Part shown: piece after piece, positions 1 to 6,905 of the stretch
Numbering within the stretch: the first letter of the stretch is position 1
Layout of the letters: every line of letters begins with the position of its first letter
NCBI GenBank assembly: GCA_016933455.1
Contig: JAFGAZ010000001.1
Span: 1-54,532, forward strand
Length of the DNA stretch: 54,532 bases
Source: Candidatus Aenigmatarchaeota archaeon
GTDB lineage: Archaea > Aenigmatarchaeota > Aenigmatarchaeia > Aenigmatarchaeales > Aenigmatarchaeaceae
Direction: 5' to 3'
Translations under genes and position numbers: made by a program
Notes under the pieces: generated by a model
What the model saw: the letters and a program-made list of their open reading frames with translations, nothing else
The model's database searches: none
What the model was told of the DNA's origin: nothing

Positions 1-2
1 AG

Positions 3-157
3 CGCCGACGGCAGGATTCGAACCTGCAAGCCCTTGCGGGCACTAGATTTCTAGACATCATTTCGCCTATCATTCCTCATTTCGCCGCATTCGGAGTCAA
101 GCCATTTAATCATTTGTCCTCAAGTCTAGCGCAATGACCTGGTTCTGCCACGTCGGC
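3..157 (-). tRNA. tRNA-Ser (anticodon UGA), class II, with a ~70-nt intron in the anticodon loop region
   Basis: The reverse complement gives acceptor GCCGACG/CGTCGGC plus discriminator G, a 3-bp D stem (GCA/TGC), and anticodon stem CTAGA/TCTAG with loop CTTGA(G). It also has a long variable arm GCCC-GCAA-GGGC and T arm GCAGG-TTCGAAT-CCTGC. About 70 extra nt lie between the anticodon and the 3' half of the stem. No CCA is encoded. The architecture parallels the intron-less tRNA-Ser at 30748..30831. Confidence 0.8.
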
Positions 158-182
158 ATAAACTCATTTAAAATTCTTAACC

Positions 183-190
183 TTTTAAAG
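183..190 (-). promoter_or_regulatory. TATA-box-like element upstream of tRNA-Ser(UGA)
   Basis: CTTTAAAAGG on the minus strand lies about 26-33 nt upstream of tRNA position 1. All four tRNAs in the window show the same spacing. Confidence 0.4.
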
Positions 191-233
191 CTTATAGAAA
201 TTATGCTCTTTCACATATGCTTGAAAAAACCTA

Positions 234-536
234 TTACTTTGTTGCTAGTTTTCTTCTCTTGATGTATTGCCAAACTTTCTTTGTCATCTCGGAAGGAGTA
301 ACAGCCTTGTTGCCAACTATCTTTGCAAAGTTTTCATCAGGGTTTATCTTGTAACCGCCAAAGGCCTTGCCTTTCTTGGTTGTCTTTCTCTTTGAGGTTC
401 TTTTCTTTGCGGTTGTCCTTCTTGCAGCAGTCTTTCTCTTTACTGTTCTTCTGCTTGCAACTTTTTTCTTTGCTGTTTTTCTCTTAACAACTTTCTTTTT
501 TGTTGTCTTTTTCTTTTTTCCTAATCCAAATACCAT
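234..536 (-). CDS. Small Lys/Arg-rich basic protein with a C-terminal SWIB/MDM2-like half domain (putative chromatin/DNA-binding protein)
   Basis: 100 aa. The N-terminal ~55 aa are almost entirely K/R/T/A (histone H1-like tail). The C-terminal INPDENFAKIVGNKAVTPSEMTKKVWQYIKRRKL resembles the SWIB core (LAxIVG...R[TS]E..KK.W.YIK...L). Confidence 0.6.
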   Translation of the reverse strand: MVFGLGKKKKTTKKKVVKRKTAKKKVASRRTVKRKTAARRTTAKKRTSKRKTTKKGKAFGGYKINPDENFAKIVGNKAVTPSEMTKKVWQYIKRRKLATK

Positions 537-560
537 TTAATCACCTGCTACTAAATTGTA

Positions 561-1406
561 TTATCTGCTTATTAAATTTAGTTTGATCATAAATCTCAAT
601 CCAAGCTCCATAAAATTTCTTATTTTTCTAACAGGCCTTATTCTTCTGTCATACTTTTTCATGACATCGGATATCGACTCGCCCAAAACCTTTATTTCAT
701 CTTCTTTGTAGTTCAAAAGCCTAAGGTATTCGATTTCTTTAGGGTCTACTCCCATGCACCTTGTCGCAACAACATCAACGCTAAGAGCGTCCTTGCCGCC
801 TATCATTATGTTGGACCTTTTCGGGATAACGTAGAACTCGTCGTTTTGCCCGCCCACTATGCCGTCGACTATGTTAAGATTTGGCTTTAGAATCTGCATG
901 TAATCATGTATGGCATCGTCTATATGCGGATGCATGAGCATCTTGTCGGTTCCTGGAATGCATCCAAAAAGGTTCTTGAGACTCATGGTAACGCCCGCAT
1001 GGTTGTGTATCTTTAGCTTTGATACGTTGATGAAATAGTCGCAGTCAAAGCAGCAGTCTGCTATTGGTATCTTTTCAAATCTTATCGGCCTTTTGACTTT
1101 TCTGTAGACCTTCTTTTGCAAGTCGATGTCAACAAGCTTGACGCCATAGTCAATAAGGTCATAATAGTTGTTTATCCTAAACGATTTGCCCATTATGCCG
1201 ACATTTCCTCCGACTAAAATCTCGCAGTTGCTAAGGCGGCTAACTATTGCCTTTATGACCCGAACGTCTGTAGAAGGCAGCTTTGCCGGATGCACATTGG
1301 TCTTTATGAAAACCTTCTTGTTTCTTAGCGAGAACTTCATCTTGTCCAAAAGCTCTTGCGTTGCCTTGTATGGTTCCTTGCCTTTTACTATGTAGACTCT
1401 TTCCAT
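561..1406 (-). CDS. DUF362 domain protein
   Basis: The blocks VFIKTNV, LKIHNHAGVTMSLKNLFGCIPG and MHPH are typical of DUF362. The ATG at 1406 is preferred over the TTG at 1418 used by the track. Confidence 0.7.
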   Translation of the reverse strand: MERVYIVKGKEPYKATQELLDKMKFSLRNKKVFIKTNVHPAKLPSTDVRVIKAIVSRLSNCEILVGGNVGIMGKSFRINNYYDLIDYGVKLVDIDLQKKVYRKVKRPIRFEKIPIADCCFDCDYFINVSKLKIHNHAGVTMSLKNLFGCIPGTDKMLMHPHIDDAIHDYMQILKPNLNIVDGIVGGQNDEFYVIPKRSNIMIGGKDALSVDVVATRCMGVDPKEIEYLRLLNYKEDEIKVLGESISDVMKKYDRRIRPVRKIRNFMELGLRFMIKLNLISR

Positions 1407-1451
1407 GGAAATAACCAAGATATTTTATTTTAATTATCGCATCTATTATAT

Positions 1452-3452
1452 ATGAAAATACGATTTGTGCTGCTTTTTTTGCTGCTGCTTTCGACCAATG
1501 CATACGCCCTCTCATGGTCGGATGCCTCAGCAAACCCCGCATCAGGTTCTCAGTACAGCCCGGGCAAAAACTATAATTTCCAGATATCTTGGAACGGCGA
1601 CGGGGAAACTGTCACAGGCGTTCTATTCGAGCTAACAGATGTCTCTGCTGGCACGAAAAGCAATAACACGGTCTATAATGTAATGAACCTGTATTATGTT
1701 AATTTCACAGGCCTTGAGCCTTCTGATTACTCTTTTCGATGGTTTGCAGAGGACAGCTCGTCAAACACTAACATCACGGATGCTATATCATATAGCGTTG
1801 TCAAGAACTCTTCTGCAGCAATCACGCTTCTTTTGGACGAAAGGCAGGGAAACAAAAGCTATGCCAAAAACGACATAGCGACTTTTTCCGCATCCCTAAA
1901 CATTCCCGGAAAGACGATATATCTTGACTCCGACTATCCTGGAATTGATGTCAACAACACCACATCGATTATTTACGCCCAAAAGAACCTGACATACGAG
2001 GGGACTTTTATTCTAAACGCATCATGGCCAGGGGATGACTTTTACGAATCGCATTGGAAGGCTTTCTATTTTGACAACAAGCCGCCTTTCCACGGACAGG
2101 TCAATTCATATCCCTGGGACTATACGACATACTCGCCCAATCTGACAATAAACTTTAACACGACATGGTCTGATGTCAATTTGACAGAGGTAAGGTTCGA
2201 GTCAAACCATACGGGCAAAAAGAAGAACTATACAACAAAAACAGAGCCCAAGGTACAGAACATGTCCGGAGTTTTCTGGGTGGATATGGAAAACATATTC
2301 CCTGCAGAGTTTGCCTACAGGTGGTATGCAAAAGACGATGCTAATAACTGGGCAGCAACAGAAGCAAGAACATACAATCTGTTCAAGGCGTTGGCTTTGA
2401 ACGTAAACCCACTGTCAAGCGAGGTTTATGATGGAACGACATCGGTTATCAACTGCTTTTCCATAACAGACGAGATAGACATCAGTGACTTTGAATTCAG
2501 CAGGAACGGAACGAAAATTAGCAACTCCAGCATGATGGACAGAATAGACGCAACAAAGCTTGACATTGGATACTATGAGTACATCTGCGAAACCGAGGGC
2601 AACAAGAACTATTCAAACCAGACAATAGTTGCCAATCTTACTGTTTTATCGAAATACACAAAGCCAAAGCCTGAAGCCAAAAAGGAGCTTAAGATATCAG
2701 ACGTATCGTCTGTTTACGTTCTTTCCGGAGAGAGCACGCAAGGAACATTTAATCTTTCTAGCACTCTTGAAGATACTGTTACTGATTTATCGGTTATAGT
2801 AGAGAACCTAGACGAGGAATGGTATGAAATAGGCAGCCTCCCAAGCGCGATACTGGAGGGCGGATATACTATTGTTGAGATAGATTTTGACATACCCTAC
2901 TATGTGGAAGCGCAGTATATCGGAGTCAAAATAAAGGCAACAGGCCAGACAGACAACGGCTCTGTTTTAGCAACAGGCACAATGCCTCTTTCCATAAACG
3001 AGGAGCAGTCAGCTCCCAACCAGCCTCCCGAATATTTTGATTTCTCAACAACGCCTGCAAAGAAAGGCGAGACGGCCATGTTTTCCTTCATGCTTGATGA
3101 CGACTCTGGCCTTTCAGGCTACATATTCTCGACCAACGAGACAGGTAGCTGGGTTAACGACTCGTGGGTTTTCCTAGACGGCAAAGAGGGCAGCATAGAC
3201 ATAATGAAAGATGTTGCAAGCAATCCAGGAACTGTTGTTGCATGGAAGGTTTATGCCAACGACACCAACAATGCATGGTCATCTTCAATGGAGAACTTTA
3301 TGCAAATAAGGCAGGAAGAAGAGTTTGGTTACATAATACCCCTTGTGATAGTTATAGTAGCAATAGTTGTGGCGGTTGTCATGCTTTTTTTGAACAAGAA
3401 GGAAGCTGCTCCTTCCAAGAAAGTCGTATATGTTTACACGAAAGATAGTTGA
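1452..3452 (+). CDS. Type I membrane-anchored surface glycoprotein (S-layer/adhesin-like) with repeated beta-sandwich-like modules
   Basis: Signal peptide MKIRFVLLFLLLLSTNAYA and C-terminal TM IIPLVIVIVAIVVAVVMLF followed by a basic tail. I counted about 25 N-X-S/T sequons by hand. A module ending Y.[FW][RK]W[FY]A.D..[SN]N recurs three times. Confidence 0.75.
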   Translation: MKIRFVLLFLLLLSTNAYALSWSDASANPASGSQYSPGKNYNFQISWNGDGETVTGVLFELTDVSAGTKSNNTVYNVMNLYYVNFTGLEPSDYSFRWFAEDSSSNTNITDAISYSVVKNSSAAITLLLDERQGNKSYAKNDIATFSASLNIPGKTIYLDSDYPGIDVNNTTSIIYAQKNLTYEGTFILNASWPGDDFYESHWKAFYFDNKPPFHGQVNSYPWDYTTYSPNLTINFNTTWSDVNLTEVRFESNHTGKKKNYTTKTEPKVQNMSGVFWVDMENIFPAEFAYRWYAKDDANNWAATEARTYNLFKALALNVNPLSSEVYDGTTSVINCFSITDEIDISDFEFSRNGTKISNSSMMDRIDATKLDIGYYEYICETEGNKNYSNQTIVANLTVLSKYTKPKPEAKKELKISDVSSVYVLSGESTQGTFNLSSTLEDTVTDLSVIVENLDEEWYEIGSLPSAILEGGYTIVEIDFDIPYYVEAQYIGVKIKATGQTDNGSVLATGTMPLSINEEQSAPNQPPEYFDFSTTPAKKGETAMFSFMLDDDSGLSGYIFSTNETGSWVNDSWVFLDGKEGSIDIMKDVASNPGTVVAWKVYANDTNNAWSSSMENFMQIRQEEEFGYIIPLVIVIVAIVVAVVMLFLNKKEAAPSKKVVYVYTKDS

Positions 3453-3456
3453 TGTA

Positions 3457-3723
3457 ATGAATAAATTTGAAAAAATACTGATAGTTTGCCTTCTTGTTTT
3501 CGGGCTTTTGTATTCCGCTTATGTCACGATATACACTAATGACTTTTATGTTGGCCTTGTTCTAGCACTAGTAACGCTCGGCTTTTCTGCGACCATCTAC
3601 ATACTTGACAAGAAAATAAACTACAGGATAATAATATACATCTGGATTGCAATAGTTCTAATTGCCATCATAGCTTTGCTGCTTAGATTGTCATTTAGCG
3701 CAATGGAAATTTTCATTGTTTAG
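3457..3723 (+). CDS. Small integral membrane protein (3 predicted TM helices), function unknown
   Basis: The product is hydrophobic (MNKFEKILIVCLLVFGLLYSAYV...). The ATG at 3457 lies just after the upstream stop at 3450-3452. The track start at 3430 overlaps the upstream gene. Confidence 0.55.
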   Translation: MNKFEKILIVCLLVFGLLYSAYVTIYTNDFYVGLVLALVTLGFSATIYILDKKINYRIIIYIWIAIVLIAIIALLLRLSFSAMEIFIV

Positions 3724-4639
3724 GGTATGTTCCCTTCTTCATTAGGACTCTGTCTATCTTGACCGCTATGCCCTTTTTCTTTGCCATGTCCTTTGATTTC
3801 ATGCACGACTTGCCAATAGCAATGAGCTCTCCTTTGTTCGAGAAGACAGCAACCCATTCGCCTTTCTTTATGTTATCTTCCAGCCTTGCTATGCCTCCTG
3901 TATAAAGAGGCGAGCCGTTGCAAACATTGTCAACTGTCGTGTCAAAAACTATGACCTTTCTTGTTTTTTCCATGGCAATTTCCATGGGCTTTACAACTTC
4001 CTTTACCTTGTTTTGCGCAACGCCGTCCATTAGACCCTGCAAAGTTATCATGTCCTTCTCTTCGAAATTGCCGCTCTTTGTTCTTCTTAATTCCTTTAGG
4101 TGCGACTTTACTCCGAGTCTTTCTCCTATGTCAACAGCCAACCTTCTTACGTAAAAGCCCGCCTGGCACCCTACCTTGAATAGGATGTTTCGGCCTTCTA
4201 TTTCGATTATCTCAAGATAGTAGATTTCTCTTATTCTCTCCCTTCTTGCCACAGCAGATTTTAGAGGCGGCAGCTGCTTTACCTTGCCCACAAAATCATC
4301 AAAGACCTTCCTTATTTTTTCTTGGTCAACGTCCTTGTGAAGATACATTATGCCCACATACTCCTTTTTGGAGGAGAGCATGATCGGCATGAGCTTTGTT
4401 GCGTTCTCTATTGCTATTACCAAAACCCCAGTTGCCCTGGGGTCTAGCGTTCCGGCATGGGAGCACTTGTTTATGTTCAAAATCTCCTTGACCCAAGTGT
4501 CTATCTGGTTGCATGTTGGGCCTGAAGGCTTGTCTAGAATTATTATGCCGTTGTCTACGTAATCCTTAATGGACCTTGCACCAGGGTATGTCCCATAGTC
4601 TGTTAAGGATGCCTCGTGCTTTTTTACAATCCAAGCCAT
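3713..4639 (-). CDS. cbf5: tRNA/rRNA pseudouridine synthase Cbf5 (H/ACA RNP catalytic subunit, TruB family plus PUA domain)
   Basis: Contains KPSGPT...HAGTLDPRATGVLVIAIENATKL (TruB catalytic Asp motif) and a C-terminal PUA-like region. Confidence 0.93.
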   Translation of the reverse strand: MAWIVKKHEASLTDYGTYPGARSIKDYVDNGIIILDKPSGPTCNQIDTWVKEILNINKCSHAGTLDPRATGVLVIAIENATKLMPIMLSSKKEYVGIMYLHKDVDQEKIRKVFDDFVGKVKQLPPLKSAVARRERIREIYYLEIIEIEGRNILFKVGCQAGFYVRRLAVDIGERLGVKSHLKELRRTKSGNFEEKDMITLQGLMDGVAQNKVKEVVKPMEIAMEKTRKVIVFDTTVDNVCNGSPLYTGGIARLEDNIKKGEWVAVFSNKGELIAIGKSCMKSKDMAKKKGIAVKIDRVLMKKGTYPKQ

Positions 4640-4700
4640 GATATAGAATTATCTTTGTTTTTTATATGCTTAATATTAATTTAAAGTTTTTTTCATAATT

Positions 4701-4994
4701 ATGAAAATGAACTTTTACCGTCCGTTTAGTAATAATTATTTCGACATAAGATTTAAAGGCAAGGCCGTAGACGACCTTGAAAGACTTAGAGAGTCTAGCA
4801 AAAGTCTATGTTATTCTGAATTAATACAAAAGTCAATTGATACTTATTCCAAGCTTCTAAATCTTGCAGACAAGAGCATAACAACCGATCATGAAGGAAG
4901 AAATTGTAAGGGAAGAATAGTCATCATAAAGCCGAAAAACTTTCTTGACAAGATTCTAAAGAGAGAAAGAAAGGCAGCTTTGTATATACCTTGA
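4701..4994 (+). CDS. Hypothetical protein, possible ribbon-helix-helix-like N-terminus
   Basis: 97-aa ORF filling the cbf5-uvrC gap. FDIRFKGKAVDDLERLRESSKS..SELIQKSIDTY has a strand-helix-helix pattern. No other recognisable motif. Confidence 0.4.
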   Translation: MKMNFYRPFSNNYFDIRFKGKAVDDLERLRESSKSLCYSELIQKSIDTYSKLLNLADKSITTDHEGRNCKGRIVIIKPKNFLDKILKRERKAALYIP

Positions 4995-4998
4995 AAAA

Positions 4999-6582
4999 TT
5001 ATTTTTTCCTAAATTCTTCCCTTAGTTGCATTTCCCTTCTTTTTTTGTTGTAGCCAATAGAGAACCTGTGCGCCTCGTCGCGTATTCTTCTAAGAAGAAG
5101 CATCATCCTTCCTGTTTTCTTGTAGCTTCTTGGCTCTTGCTCTCCTGGAAGATATATCTCCTCGTTTTGCTTTGCAATACCTATAAGAGGTATCTGAAGG
5201 CCCAGCTCGCACAAAGCCTTCGCAGCAAAGTCCACCTGCAAGGACCCGCCGTCTATAACTATAAGGTCTGGCATTTTAGATTTCTCTTCCAAAAGCCTTT
5301 TGTATCTTCTAGAGACCGCCTCCTTTATAGAGGCAAAATCGTCTTGGCCCTTGACGGTTTTTATCTTGAACTTTCTATAGTTCTTCTTGTCGGGCTTGGC
5401 ATTAGCAAACCTCACCATTCCAGAGACAAGGTGCTCGCCCGAAAGATTTGACACGTCAAAACATTCTATAATTCTTGGAATAGACGGAAGGTTTAGCTTT
5501 TCCTTTATTTCCAAAAGCGAGCTATCCTCCTTTAGGTTGGCATCTATGTTCTTTTTGGCAAGTTCAACAAGCAAAAGCTTGTCTCCTTTTTTTGGAACAG
5601 TCAATGAGACTTTTCCAGAACGAATGTTTGTTAGCATCTTCTCCAATGAAACTTTTTCTTCTATATCCTCCCAGCATTCATGGCTCAAAAGAACTTCCCT
5701 CGGCAGTTTGTTGGCTGTATAGAAGGCCTTGAGAAACTCCTGCTCAACGCCGTCTTGGTAATCGACCTTGAACTCTTTCTTTCCAAGCAAAACACCCTTC
5801 CTAACCCCCATCTGGACGATTATCATTTTTTCATCTAATTTTCTGAAAGCCAAAATATCCTGATCAAAGCTAAGCTCTCTATCGACTATTTGCTTTTTCT
5901 CAAGAAGCTTTATTGATTGTATCTGGTTTCTTATCTCCATTGCACATTCGTATCTTTTGTTTTTTGACTCGTTTTTCATTTGCTTGTTTAGACTTTCAAG
6001 AGTCCTTTCATAGTCTCCAGAAAGAAAAGCCTTTGCATTTTCTATGTTTTCCATATACTCTTCCTTTGTTATTTTACCAATGCATGGGGCAAGGCATGTA
6101 CCTATATGAAAGTTAAGGCAAGCTCTTTTTGGCATCTTCCTGCACACTCTTATCTTGAAGACTTTCGAAACCATTCGTTCAAGGTCCTGCCTAAGATAGC
6201 CGTCCGTATAAGGACCGAAAGTATCGAGCTTTGTTGAAATCTTTCTTGAAGTTAAAATTCTTGGGAATTTTTCCTTTGTCAAAGCGATGTAGGCAAATGT
6301 CTTTGAATCCTTGAGATTTATGTTGTACTTGGGCTTGTTCTTCTTGATTAGTTTGTTTTCAAGTAAAAGCGCCTCGACCTCGTTGTTTACAACAATCCAA
6401 TCGATTGCATTTGCCTTGGACATCAAATGCTTTGTCTTGAGGGCAAGGTTGTTTTTTGAAAAGTAGCTCTTGATTCTATTTCTTAGGTTCTTTGCCTTGC
6501 CTATGTATAGAATATCATCATTGCGCTTGAACATGTAAACGCCGGGCTCTTTTGGCACATTCTTTAGTTCTATTTCAAACAT
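4999..6582 (-). CDS. uvrC: Excinuclease ABC subunit C (UvrC), short form apparently lacking the C-terminal (HhH)2 domain
   Basis: GIY-YIG block GVYMFKRNDDILYIGKAKNLRNRIKSY, a Cys-rich UvrBC region, and the C-terminal endonuclease block IDGG...IRDEAHRFSI. The protein ends about 20 aa after that block (527 aa). Confidence 0.9.
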   Translation of the reverse strand: MFEIELKNVPKEPGVYMFKRNDDILYIGKAKNLRNRIKSYFSKNNLALKTKHLMSKANAIDWIVVNNEVEALLLENKLIKKNKPKYNINLKDSKTFAYIALTKEKFPRILTSRKISTKLDTFGPYTDGYLRQDLERMVSKVFKIRVCRKMPKRACLNFHIGTCLAPCIGKITKEEYMENIENAKAFLSGDYERTLESLNKQMKNESKNKRYECAMEIRNQIQSIKLLEKKQIVDRELSFDQDILAFRKLDEKMIIVQMGVRKGVLLGKKEFKVDYQDGVEQEFLKAFYTANKLPREVLLSHECWEDIEEKVSLEKMLTNIRSGKVSLTVPKKGDKLLLVELAKKNIDANLKEDSSLLEIKEKLNLPSIPRIIECFDVSNLSGEHLVSGMVRFANAKPDKKNYRKFKIKTVKGQDDFASIKEAVSRRYKRLLEEKSKMPDLIVIDGGSLQVDFAAKALCELGLQIPLIGIAKQNEEIYLPGEQEPRSYKKTGRMMLLLRRIRDEAHRFSIGYNKKRREMQLREEFRKK

Positions 6583-6905
6583 TCAACCACGCATTCGACA
6601 TTGAAGATGCTAAGCTTTCCCTTTACAGGAAATTTCTTTATTTTTCTTATGTTTTCTAGAACCCAGGAATAAGATTTGGGTTCAAAATATCCGCCGGATA
6701 ATTTTGCATCCGATTTTTTCATCGGTCTGCAATCAACAATTTCAACAATGCACAAAGCGTTGCCGCTGTTTTCTGTTTTTGGCTTGGCGGATGCGCAAAC
6801 TAGTATGTCGCCTCTATAATTGGTCCTCCATGTCCTAACCTCCACTGTCTTTTCCCCTCTCAATATCATGCTTGCCCAAGGCTCTTTTATCGAGAGCGCT
6901 TTCAT
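6570..6905 (-). CDS. ASCH (PUA-like) domain protein
   Basis: MKALSIKEPWASMILRGEKTVEVRTWRTNYRGDILVCAS matches the ASCH N-terminal signature. It overlaps the uvrA stop by 4 nt and the uvrC start by 13 nt. Confidence 0.75.
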   Translation of the reverse strand: MKALSIKEPWASMILRGEKTVEVRTWRTNYRGDILVCASAKPKTENSGNALCIVEIVDCRPMKKSDAKLSGGYFEPKSYSWVLENIRKIKKFPVKGKLSIFNVECVVECLK

